A stretch of DNA of 64,000 bases from an uncultured Planctomycetaceae bacterium. GTDB lineage: Bacteria > Planctomycetota > Planctomycetia > Planctomycetales > Planctomycetaceae. Positions 35,978-45,900 of the stretch are shown here, in pieces; the stretch's first letter is position 1, and every line of letters starts with the position of its first letter. Under the pieces are notes generated by a model. The model was not told where the DNA came from. It saw only the letters and a list, made by a program, of their open reading frames with translations, and made no database searches. The DNA lies in the NCBI GenBank assembly GCA_963976765.1, contig CAXBME010000024.1, forward strand, positions 1-64,000, read 5' to 3'. The position numbers and the translations under genes were made by a program.

Positions 35978-37315
35978 GTGAAACAGAAAGTCTTCTGGGT
36001 CCTGCTTTTGGCGTTGGGGCTCCGTATCGGAGCTGCGCTCTCGGTACACACCTATCTTGAGTCAGCAGGCCGTGATTTTCTGATCGCGGGAGACGCTGCC
36101 GGTTACTGGGAACTCGGTCAGAAGCTGGCGGCTGGAGAAGACTACTCGATCTACACACCGCCCCGGCGGGCGATGCGGATGCCTGGTTATCCGTTGTTCC
36201 TGGCGGCCTCGATCAAGCTCGGCGGGCATCGGCTGCTGCCGGCTCGACTGTGGCAGGCTTGTGTCGGCACCTCAGCGTGCTGGATGGTGTATTTTCTGGG
36301 AGCGCTGCTGATCGATGAACGAACGGGATTGCTGGCCGCGTTTCTTGCTGCGGTGTCGCCAACGTTCGTCGGGTTCAGCCCCCTGATTCTCAGCGAGACA
36401 CTGTTCGCGGCGACGTTGCTGGTCAGTCTGATTCTGATGGCGAAACTTGGCGCGGGATGGCCGCTGCTCGGATCAGAAAATCCCGAGGCTGTTGCTGCCG
36501 CGACGCGTTCGGGCTGGCGGCTCTGGCTGGCGTTCGGAACCGGGGTCGCTGTGGGGGCTGCGTGTTATGTCAGACCGTCCTGGTTGCTGACAGCTCCGCT
36601 GTTTTGTGCAACCCATTTTTTGATGACATGGGCGGGCCGCAGGCACTACGCGACCGGTTCGACCGGAGCCGTGATGACAGCAAAGGCTCTGGAGTGTGTC
36701 TTTGTTATTGGCGGACTGGCCGCGGCGCTGGCACCATGGACCATTCGTAACTCGCAGGTCACGGGCCATGCGATTCCCACGACGCTCTGGGTTGGACCAA
36801 GTCTTTACGACGGTCTTCATCCGGGAGCGACCGGCGACAGTGACATGAAATTTTTCGAGAACGACAATCTGCTCGCGACGATGACCGAGTACGAAATGGA
36901 CCACGAGTACCGCCGACGGTCCTGGGAATTCGTACGTGAAAATCCCGGTCGCGCGATTCAACTTGGGCTGATCAAGGTGGGCCGGTTGTGGAAGCCGTGG
37001 CCGAACGCTGATCAGTTTCGCCAGTGGTGGCTTTGTCTGATTGTCGCGGCCTTCTTTATCCCGACTGTCGGTTTTGCCATGTTCGCTGCCGTTCGCCGCA
37101 GAGGTGACGTGCGATGCCTTCTGCTGACGGTCGGCCCCGTGATTTACTTTACGGCGATTCACTCGGTGTTTGTCGGCTCGCTCCGCTATCGACTGCCGGC
37201 CGAGTATCCACTGCTGATTCTCTCCGCCGCTGGATGCCTCGCCGCTTATGACTGGTTTCGTCGACGTCCGGTGACGTCGACAACGCCGGCGTCCGAGTCA
37301 GGAGGACGGTCCTGA
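35978..37315 (+). CDS. GT-C fold glycosyltransferase (ArnT/PMT_2, family 39-like)
   Basis: Polytopic; GDAAGY in the first loop, RMPGYPLFLA, ILSETL, YVRPS, PWTIRN, RYRLP. Confidence 0.88.
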   Translation: MKQKVFWVLLLALGLRIGAALSVHTYLESAGRDFLIAGDAAGYWELGQKLAAGEDYSIYTPPRRAMRMPGYPLFLAASIKLGGHRLLPARLWQACVGTSACWMVYFLGALLIDERTGLLAAFLAAVSPTFVGFSPLILSETLFAATLLVSLILMAKLGAGWPLLGSENPEAVAAATRSGWRLWLAFGTGVAVGAACYVRPSWLLTAPLFCATHFLMTWAGRRHYATGSTGAVMTAKALECVFVIGGLAAALAPWTIRNSQVTGHAIPTTLWVGPSLYDGLHPGATGDSDMKFFENDNLLATMTEYEMDHEYRRRSWEFVRENPGRAIQLGLIKVGRLWKPWPNADQFRQWWLCLIVAAFFIPTVGFAMFAAVRRRGDVRCLLLTVGPVIYFTAIHSVFVGSLRYRLPAEYPLLILSAAGCLAAYDWFRRRPVTSTTPASESGGRS

Positions 37316-40300
37316 TGAAGACTCTTCGACGAACGATTATGTGGCTGGCTTTGATGTTGATGGTGGCTGCCGGCGCCGCTGGCTGGGCTGCCCACTATTA
37401 CTGGTCGAACGCCGACCGCCTGCTTCATGAAAAAGTTGCCGAGGTTTTCAAAGCGTGGCATCCGGAATTGAAGTTCCAGTTGGGGCGTTGCCGACTCGAC
37501 TGGTCCGGGCAGATTCACGTCGAACAGTTTGCACTGACGCTTCCCAACGCGGAACGGCCGTTGATCGATCTTCCTGACACCATCGTCGACCTTGATCGTG
37601 AAGCGCTGCTTAACCGCCAGGAAGTGATCGTCCAGAATCTGCGACTGCTGCAGCCTCACATCGAAGCCACCCGTTTTCCGGACGGCACATGGGATTTTCA
37701 CGAGCTGCCTGCACTGCCTGAAAGCAGCAAACGGCAAAGCCTGCCAACGGTCGAGCTGCAGAACGCACAGCTCACGCTTCACATCATGAAGGATAATGAC
37801 GCTCCACCCGCAACCGTCCTGATCGACAGCGCGAACCTCAAACTGACTCCCAACGGAAAACGCAGCCTGCTGATCGAAGGTGGTGCCCAGATTGCCAGCG
37901 TCGGGCGGTTGAAGATCGACGGGCGGCTGAATGTTGACACGAAGACAGGATCGCTTAACGGGCAGCTGACCGACGTCAGACTTGGCAACGAGTTGCTCGC
38001 TTACGTTTCGAGCTTTGAGCCGTCGGTGTCGCAAAAAGTGGCCGACGTCCGACAGCGACTGCTCGACGAAATGTTGAAGCCGCCAGACCCGGAGTCGAAA
38101 TCACCGTTTTCAATCGCCGGCCTGGCCAATGCTCCGTCGACCGATTTTGCGGAGTTTCGACCGGCAACGTTGAGCAATTCCCATGTCGAAATCCGTCAGG
38201 CTTCCGGCAGTCGGATGATGCCGGCTCGAGGCCACCGCATTCCTCCACAGATGATCGGCGGCAGCCACTCGATTCTCGGATTGCTCGCCGATCTTGATGT
38301 CGCCTTTAACGTGAGTGTGCCGGTTCCCGGTTCATCGCCCACCGTTCGCTTGCTGGTTGACATCAAAGACGGCGAGATCACCAACACCGCTCTGCCATTT
38401 CCGCTGGATCATCTGACCGGGCAGATCGAGTACGTAGGCCGCCAGTTGACCATCCGAAAGCTCACGGCGATCAACGGGCCAACGGAAGTTGACATTACCG
38501 GCTCGCTGCTCGAATCCGACGCCGGCCCGTCCGGACAGGTCAATCTGAAAATTACCGGACTCGTTTGTGACGAGCGGTTGAGAAATCGACTGTCGGTCGG
38601 ATTCGGAAAGATTTACGACGTCCACAATCCCAGTGGGTTACTCGACATGGAAGTGTCTGTTGTAGCCGCGCCGGGTGGAAAGTGGATTCCTCAAGGACTG
38701 CTGGTCCGAGCAAATCGTGCGTCGGTCATTCACGAAATTTTTCCTTACCCGGTCCGGGACGCCGTCGGCACGATCGTGCAGGACGGAAGAGACCTGCGCA
38801 TCGACATGGCAGGAAAAGTCGGTGATCGACCAATCACTCTGAAAGGCTTTGTGAAAGAGCCAGGCCCCGAAGCATGGGTCGTCTTCGAAATCGACGTGGA
38901 AGATCTGCCGCTGGACGACGACTTCTACGCGGCTCTCAATCCGAAAATGCGCAACGTTCTTGACTCGATGAATCTGAGTGGCTTTGCCGACGCCCACGTC
39001 CGTCTGGAGCGAAAGCCGGGGCCGGATCAGAAGATGGTCCCCAGCATGGTCGCCTTCCTGAAGGCTGGCACGATGGCATTCCGCAGCTTTCCGTATCGAG
39101 TAGAAAATCTGACAGGCAAGCTGGATTTCGACGGGAAGGACTGGGACTTCACCGATCTGCGAGGAACGCACGGCCAGGCATTGCTCAATGCCGAAGGCCA
39201 GTACCTCACCTCAACCGGAATCGGTGATCTGCAACTCAGGGTTACGACTCAGGAAGCCCCGATTGATGAGTCGTTGCGGATCGCCCTGCCGCCGCATCTA
39301 CAGAAGCTGTGGCACGAGTTTTCACCGAGTGGAAAAGTTCGTCGCATGGTGACGGACGTTCGAATGATTAAAGGTCAACCCGTCAGTATTTCTCTGCCGG
39401 AAATCCAGATCGACGAAGGGACGGCGAAGCTGCGAATGTTTCCCTACGAGTTGACCGGGATCAAAGCCAGCTACTCGTTTGCCAACGGGCTACTGGATAT
39501 CAAATCTTTCGACGCTCGACACGGCGCGACGGCAGTGACGCTCGAAGGAACAGTTCGAACTGAGCTCAACGGCGACTGGCGAACGACCTTTTCGAAACTG
39601 TCTGCTAGAAATCTGGTGACGGATGCATCGTTCCAACGAGCGTTGTCGCCGGGACTCAAGTCGGTATTTTCGGCCCTGGGTGCTGATCAGGCGATTAATC
39701 TGGCGGGCTTTCTTGAAATTCGAGGGACTTCCGATCCGCAGTATCCAATCACCGCTGCCTGGGAAATCGCCACCGACCTGGACAAAGGAAAGGTCAGCGC
39801 GGGACTCGATTTTACCGACGTGACCGGTCGGATTATCTCGACCGGGACGTGGGACGGGTACGAAGCCGACGCCAACGGGATTCTCGAGATCTCCAGTCTG
39901 AAGATTTTTGACAAGTATGTTCTTTACGACGTCCGTGGACCGTTCGCCTTGAAGAATGGTGTCTTCAGTGCCGGTTCCCGCGAAGCACTGACTCCCAACG
40001 GGTCAGATCGACCGATCGATTCCAGCGAGCAGATTCAGGCCAGTTTTGTCGGCGGCGTCCTGACCGTAAACAGCCAGGCAACGACATCTCAGCCAACAAA
40101 TTATCAGGCCAGAATTAATTTGTCGCACGGCCAATTGAAACGTTTCTCGCAGCTCTACATGCAGAATCGTGATCGGCTGGAAGGGGTAATGAACGGCTGG
40201 ATGACCGTCCAGGGAACGGGCTCTCAGGCGAAGAATCTTACAGGACGAGGTCAATTGCAGATCAGCCCGGCAGCGCTGTACGAGATGCCGGTCATCTTTC

Positions 40301-40776
40301 AGGTGCTGAACACGCTCGCCGTCGCGCCGCAGGACAACTCGTTCTTCGAGTACGGTCGTGTCGACTTTCAGATTGCGAATGAGCAGTTCAACTTCAGTTC
40401 GATTGACCTCGTCGGTTCGCCAATGCAGCTTCACGGAACAGGGCGAGCCGGGTTCGATGATTCACTCAATCTGAAATTCGTTTCCGTGATGCCGAATTCT
40501 CGAACCCGCAAGTCACAAATCTGGATCCCCATCGTGACCGAAGTCGCCGGGTTAGTCGGCGGTGTCGCCAATCTTGTCGGCGTCGTGGTCGAAGTCACGG
40601 GCACGACTTCGAATCCGCAGACCAAAGTCATTCCGGCAACGAATCTCGACGACGCTTTCAAACAGTTCGTGCGAACGCTGAAGCCCCTGCCCCTGACGCC
40701 GCCTCGCCCGCCAGCATTTCCGCCCCTGGCATTCCCCGGACAGCCACGCCGTGCGCAGCAGACGGCTCCGCGATAG
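37315..40776 (+). CDS. AsmA-like/YhdP-like repeating beta-groove protein
   Basis: Single N-terminal TM, then ~1100 aa of beta-rich repeats with recurring FPY.(V/L)..L.G motifs; AsmA-like C-terminus (IDLVG..MQLHGTG..GFD..LNL; VEVTGTTSNP). Confidence 0.8.
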   Translation: MKTLRRTIMWLALMLMVAAGAAGWAAHYYWSNADRLLHEKVAEVFKAWHPELKFQLGRCRLDWSGQIHVEQFALTLPNAERPLIDLPDTIVDLDREALLNRQEVIVQNLRLLQPHIEATRFPDGTWDFHELPALPESSKRQSLPTVELQNAQLTLHIMKDNDAPPATVLIDSANLKLTPNGKRSLLIEGGAQIASVGRLKIDGRLNVDTKTGSLNGQLTDVRLGNELLAYVSSFEPSVSQKVADVRQRLLDEMLKPPDPESKSPFSIAGLANAPSTDFAEFRPATLSNSHVEIRQASGSRMMPARGHRIPPQMIGGSHSILGLLADLDVAFNVSVPVPGSSPTVRLLVDIKDGEITNTALPFPLDHLTGQIEYVGRQLTIRKLTAINGPTEVDITGSLLESDAGPSGQVNLKITGLVCDERLRNRLSVGFGKIYDVHNPSGLLDMEVSVVAAPGGKWIPQGLLVRANRASVIHEIFPYPVRDAVGTIVQDGRDLRIDMAGKVGDRPITLKGFVKEPGPEAWVVFEIDVEDLPLDDDFYAALNPKMRNVLDSMNLSGFADAHVRLERKPGPDQKMVPSMVAFLKAGTMAFRSFPYRVENLTGKLDFDGKDWDFTDLRGTHGQALLNAEGQYLTSTGIGDLQLRVTTQEAPIDESLRIALPPHLQKLWHEFSPSGKVRRMVTDVRMIKGQPVSISLPEIQIDEGTAKLRMFPYELTGIKASYSFANGLLDIKSFDARHGATAVTLEGTVRTELNGDWRTTFSKLSARNLVTDASFQRALSPGLKSVFSALGADQAINLAGFLEIRGTSDPQYPITAAWEIATDLDKGKVSAGLDFTDVTGRIISTGTWDGYEADANGILEISSLKIFDKYVLYDVRGPFALKNGVFSAGSREALTPNGSDRPIDSSEQIQASFVGGVLTVNSQATTSQPTNYQARINLSHGQLKRFSQLYMQNRDRLEGVMNGWMTVQGTGSQAKNLTGRGQLQISPAALYEMPVIFQVLNTLAVAPQDNSFFEYGRVDFQIANEQFNFSSIDLVGSPMQLHGTGRAGFDDSLNLKFVSVMPNSRTRKSQIWIPIVTEVAGLVGGVANLVGVVVEVTGTTSNPQTKVIPATNLDDAFKQFVRTLKPLPLTPPRPPAFPPLAFPGQPRRAQQTAPR

Positions 40777-40791
40777 AAACAGGGGCTCCGG

Positions 40792-41211
40792 CTATGACGA
40801 CTGATCGGCAAGGTTGATCTGGTCTGAAATTATCTCAGCAGGCCCGTCCGACATCAGCAAGCCTCGCTGTAAACGCAGCACAGTCGTCTCGGCAGCTTGA
40901 AGCGACTCAGCGATAAATCGACAGGCGGCTTTCAGAGTCTGATCCGACCCGCAGGTGAAAATGTCGACCGCCGCGTAGCCGTGCTCCGGCCAGGTATGAA
41001 TCGACATGTGCGATTCGGCCAGCAAGCCGACTGCGGTCACCCCCTGAGGCTCAAATCTGTTGCTGACAAGATTGAGCAGCGTCAGCCCGTATCGGTCGGT
41101 CGTTTCTTTTAACCGGGCACGAATCAGGTCGTGATTGTCCAGCAGTTCCGACGGGCAACCGTGCAGGTCGACTATCCAGTGATGACCAAGCGTGATTGGA
41201 CCTGCGGACAT
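40792..41211 (-). CDS. speD: S-adenosylmethionine decarboxylase proenzyme
   Basis: LGHH..VDLHGC, FEPQGVT, LAESHMSIHTWPEHGYAAVDIFTCG (ES cleavage site). Confidence 0.95.
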   Translation of the reverse strand: MSAGPITLGHHWIVDLHGCPSELLDNHDLIRARLKETTDRYGLTLLNLVSNRFEPQGVTAVGLLAESHMSIHTWPEHGYAAVDIFTCGSDQTLKAACRFIAESLQAAETTVLRLQRGLLMSDGPAEIISDQINLADQSS

Positions 41212-41264
41212 GGTTTAAGCCAGATGTCTTTTCAGCGGACGGTGCGAAGCGAGTCGAACGAAGT

Positions 41265-42137
41265 CTACGAATTCATGCCGACGCTGATCTTTGCGGCGGT
41301 CAGCGTATTCTGCAGCAGCATTGCGATTGTCATCGGTCCAACGCCGCCGGGGACAGGTGTGATTGCCGATGCAATCTCCGAGACCGGTTCGAAGTCGACG
41401 TCACCGACCAGTTTGTCATCCACACGATTGATGCCGACATCAATGACCACCGCTCCCGGTTTGACCATGTCGGCAGTAACGAATCGCGGTTTTCCGATTG
41501 CGGCGACAATAATGTCGGCCTGCCTTGTGATTTCGGCCAGCCCCTGAGTCCGGCTGTGACAGACAGTGACTGTCGCGTTGGCGGCTTCGCCGCGCTGCAC
41601 CAGCATCATCGCCATCGGTTTGCCAACAATCTCGCTGCGGCCCAGCACGACGGCATGAGCCCCGGCGACCTGCGTTCCAGAAGTCAGCAACAATTGCTGA
41701 ACGCCGTGTGGCGTGCACGGCAGAAACCGTGGCCGGCCCTGAACCATCAGGCCAACGTTCTCCGGGTGAAAACAGTCGACATCTTTCAAGGGCGTCACCG
41801 CGTCAAGGACGACCTGCTCCTGGATATGTGTCGGCAAAGGAAGTTGCACGAGGATCCCGTGAACCGTCGGGTCATCATTGAGCTGACTGATCAGCGTCAG
41901 CAGACCTGCTTCAGTAATTTCTGCTGGCAGTCGATGAAGCGTGCTGCGGATACCGGCTTTGTCGCAGGCTCGCTGTTTGTTGCGGACGTAGACAGCGCTG
42001 GCCGGGTCTTCTCCCACCAGCAGCGCAGCCAGGTGGGGTTGCACGTTTGTTCTTTCGACGAACGTTGAGACTTCGCCAGCAAGCGTTGTCCGCAAATCTG
42101 CAGCAACGGTTTTTCCATCAATAATCGCAGCAGCCAT
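41265..42137 (-). CDS. folD: Bifunctional methylenetetrahydrofolate dehydrogenase/cyclohydrolase
   Basis: IIDGK, YVRNK, GILVQLPLP, KDVD, PCTP, GRSEIVGKP, TPVPGGVGPMT; AAGGAG RBS before ATG 42137. Confidence 0.97.
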   Translation of the reverse strand: MAAAIIDGKTVAADLRTTLAGEVSTFVERTNVQPHLAALLVGEDPASAVYVRNKQRACDKAGIRSTLHRLPAEITEAGLLTLISQLNDDPTVHGILVQLPLPTHIQEQVVLDAVTPLKDVDCFHPENVGLMVQGRPRFLPCTPHGVQQLLLTSGTQVAGAHAVVLGRSEIVGKPMAMMLVQRGEAANATVTVCHSRTQGLAEITRQADIIVAAIGKPRFVTADMVKPGAVVIDVGINRVDDKLVGDVDFEPVSEIASAITPVPGGVGPMTIAMLLQNTLTAAKISVGMNS

Positions 42138-42350
42138 GTTGAAATCTCCTTCGCGTCGCAACCGGAAACAGCCACGCTCCGAATTCAGAGCGAGCTGGCG
42201 ACGGACTGTAGAGAATCAACCAGCTTCATCCCACCAAGTGGGATGACCATCGACTGGACCATTTTCATGGTTTCTGTGCAGGAGCCGGCACAGCCATTGT
42301 TTCCTTTGTCGCCATCCTGCAGGACAGCGGAAACGAATTCTGAAAATATT

Positions 42351-42767
42351 CTAAGCAGTGCCGGTACGACAGGATGCGAAGTCAGCGATGATCTCGTGCG
42401 GGTCAACCACGGTCGCTGCATACATCAGTTTTTGCGAGGCAACTTTGATACGGTCACCGGGACGAAGTTTTTGCAGACGTTCGACGCGGTTCCCATTAAC
42501 GAACGTTCCGTTCGAACTGCCCAGATCGCAGACGTACCAGTGGCCGTGAAGTTTTCGAAACACGCAGTGTTCACGGCTGCAGCGCACGTCGGGAATTACT
42601 ATGTCGTTATGACTGTCCCGACCGACCATCAATTTAGAAGCTGAGTGAAGCGGAAAAACGTCACACCATGAACCGTTTGTTTCTCCGACGATGAATCCTT
42701 CTGCGAGGAAGGAGTCAATCGAGTCGTGCGGGTTCTGAGTCACCATGGGTGAGTCCATCCGGGTCAA
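42351..42767 (-). CDS. Stand-alone FHA-domain protein
   Basis: VGRD..NDIVI.D..CSREH...YVCDLGSSNGTFVNG...L.PGD.I; start uncertain. Confidence 0.88.
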   Translation of the reverse strand: MTRMDSPMVTQNPHDSIDSFLAEGFIVGETNGSWCDVFPLHSASKLMVGRDSHNDIVIPDVRCSREHCVFRKLHGHWYVCDLGSSNGTFVNGNRVERLQKLRPGDRIKVASQKLMYAATVVDPHEIIADFASCRTGTA

Positions 42768-42977
42768 GACACTGCGACTTAAAGCTGATCTGATTCAGCA
42801 TCCAATCGTAGCTCGTAGAAATTCCCACGGCGCGCAGGATCGCGTTGGATTTCGACGGTTCCTCAGGTAAGCGGCGGTGGATACTGACAACCCGACATGA
42901 CCTGCGTGTGATGACGCCGTCTGCCCTCTTCAAGGCCAGAGACGCGACGAACGCCAAAGTGCACTTTCACTTTCGGA

Positions 42978-45900
42978 TCAGGCTGTTCGACCAGCTCGGA
43001 CGAATCGTGAGGCCAGAGCCAGCAGCCCCATCAGGAAGCTCACGAATCCCAGTCCGCTGAATTCACCGGGTAGAATCAGGAAGCAGACCAGACCTCCAAC
43101 GAAGAGAATCCACACGGCTGGACGTACCAGCTCACGCGCAGTGGAAACCCGGCTGAACGTCACGATCAGCGTCGCGGCCATGCCCAGCCAGACGATCGTC
43201 CACACGAAACCAACGCCGGTGTCGACCAGCTCTCGAGAACGGATTTGCAAAGCGAGCTTTGCTTCACCGCCAACTCGTGAAAAGCTGACCGACTGCTCGC
43301 TGGTCGGAATGTCGATCGGAAGGCTGAGTCCACCAACTTTGGTCCACTGCGGATGCCTGTCGTGGCCGAAACGGTGCCGAAGGAGCACGTTGGATTCAAC
43401 CTGACTTTTGATCGACTGCAAGACTTCGATTTCAGCGATCAATGATCCGGTCAGTTGTTCCGTTTGAGCAAGTGCTCGGCTGGTGTTTACGTACATCCTT
43501 CCGTCTGTTGCGGTAACGTTCGCTGACATCTGAGGCAAACCGTCAGCTTGTCCGTCGCCCATTCCTCCTCCACCGCCCACGCCGCCAAATATCCCTCCGC
43601 CGTTGGACGACATCGGTCCTGATGAGTCGTTCTGATTAACTCCCTGACCATTGTTGAAGTCGACAAACGAGTTCAGACCGGCGACGTTGGACAGGCTTTG
43701 CTGACGACGCATGTCTCGCGAGCTGCCGCTGAAGCGATCTGTCTGCTGCTCGGCGTCTTTCTTTGATCGAGTCTGAGTTTGTCCTCTGCCTTCTTCGATC
43801 GAAAGTGTGTAACTGCTGAGCGACTTCGAGTCCTGAGAAGAAGACTGCTTCCCTTCACCAGTGCGCGGCAGCGAGAACATTGGCACAAAGCCATGTCCGG
43901 ATTCGGTGACAGGGGGACCGGGCGGAGCCGCCGTCGTATTCGGTGGCACAGCAACAGCGCCGTTTGAGGTAACCAGAGCCCAATTGTTACTCAAAACCTG
44001 CTGACGCTGCGATCCCTCGCTTTGGTCGTCAAAAACGGTTACGCCATCCATGTCGAAATCAACATCGGCTGGCGAGTTTGCGTACAGCTCGATCTGCTCA
44101 TAATTCTCGGCCAGCTGCTGTTCGAACTTCGCGATCTTCTGTTGAAGCTCGACGGCTTCCTCATCATTGCCAGACGCGCCCGAGCTTTCGCGATAGTTTT
44201 GCAGACCCAGCTCAAGCTGTTTCAGATTGTTGCTGGCGACGTTCTTTGATTTGCGGGTGTAGCCGCTGCCGTTGATGATCGTCAGCATTTCCGACAAGTC
44301 TGAAAACTGAGAGTTCAGATAAGCCTTTCGACTCTCGTCGTCATCGGCTCTGCCAACGTTTGTCCGATCTGCAACGTCCAGCACCGAGTAGTCGACACCT
44401 TTCGGCAGGTGAACTTTCCACAGCGTCCTCGCAACCGGAATGCCAAAGTCGGCACTTTCGTTGGGTGTGACGACTTTCGGAGCCGGCAGATCCAGCTCGC
44501 TCGTGCGGAAAGTAAACCCGCCAGGCAACGGCGATTCGAACTGACCGGAATACACCAGCTTGACCTGAAACGAAACGTCCGAATCGCTGGCCTTAGGAAG
44601 CGGAATCAGGTGGACGGGCAGGTCATTCAGTTTGGTGACGACCGGTCTCGACGGCTGATCTTTCACGAACAGAGAAAGCAGCCGCGATTCAGCCGGCAGC
44701 CGAATACCCAGGAACTGACGACGTCGATTTCTGATGGTGTAGATCGCCTGCCCCCGCCATGTGCCGTCGGTGGCGATCGATAAGGTCAAGTCTGCGACGT
44801 TGACCGAAGCGGGCGCGCCGGCCTGTTGTTCCAGACGGCGAACACTCCATGATGGAAGCTTTGCCGAGTCGCGAATCCGAAGCAGCTCCGCCGCCTGATC
44901 GAGCAGAGACTGACCGACGTTGATCGGAATGTCCGATGCGGAGACAGGTTCGTTCGATGCTTCGTGCCGGGACGACAACTGCATCTGCGACTGGTTGATC
45001 AGCAGGACATACTGCCGCTGAGTTTCCATGGGAGAGAAACCGTCGAGATCCCCATATTCGTCGAACTTCGGATCGAGAAAACCGATCGCGGGTGTTTCCA
45101 CTTTCTTCGTCGCCGGTGGCAATGTCGCTGTTGCCAGAACGAAGTATCGATTCTTTACCGCATCCTGAAGATGCAATGTCCAGCGGACCTTTTCACCAGC
45201 GACCTCGCTGGTGACTTCCCGGATGGAACCGCCGGTAAAGTTAAGCCGGTCTTTCAACCAGAGCGGCGTGGTAAATGTAAACTGGTCGACAGCAGCGTCG
45301 CTGACCTGCCAGTTCAGGGCGAGTGAGTAATCAAGAAACGTATCGGCGACCGATGTCATCACCACGGCGTCTGCCACAAGGCGGGATTTCGCTCGACCGA
45401 CGTCAAAGCCAATTACTTCGGCCTGTTCGGCGGTTGACCGAAACGCGTACTGCAGAGGTTTCGGGTTCCGCTTGAGCAGTTCGGCGGGAATTCGCTGAGG
45501 ATCGATCGGATTCCAGCCGTAGCTATCGACCGGTGAAGCAGCATACGCATCGTCGAACCAGACGCCGGCGTATGACGTCGGCTTGCCTAGTTCAAGCGGG
45601 AACGGAGGAGCAAATTCGACAACCAGATCAGTCGGAAACTTGGTCACCTGCGCTTCCAGAACGACTTCGACGTTCCCCAGCAGCGGCTCGGTGAACTCGA
45701 TCGTCAAAGTTCTCGGATTGGTGTCGTCAGATTCTGAAACGTACCAGTCAGAAATGGACGTCGCATCGACACTGAGAACCAGCAACCCTTCAGGAAGTTC
45801 AAACGTCAGACCTGGTCGCGGCACACCTTTCAGCGAAGCCCGCATCAGGCTGGCCATGTGAATCTTACGACGAGAGACCTGAATCGCGTGCTGAATTGTC

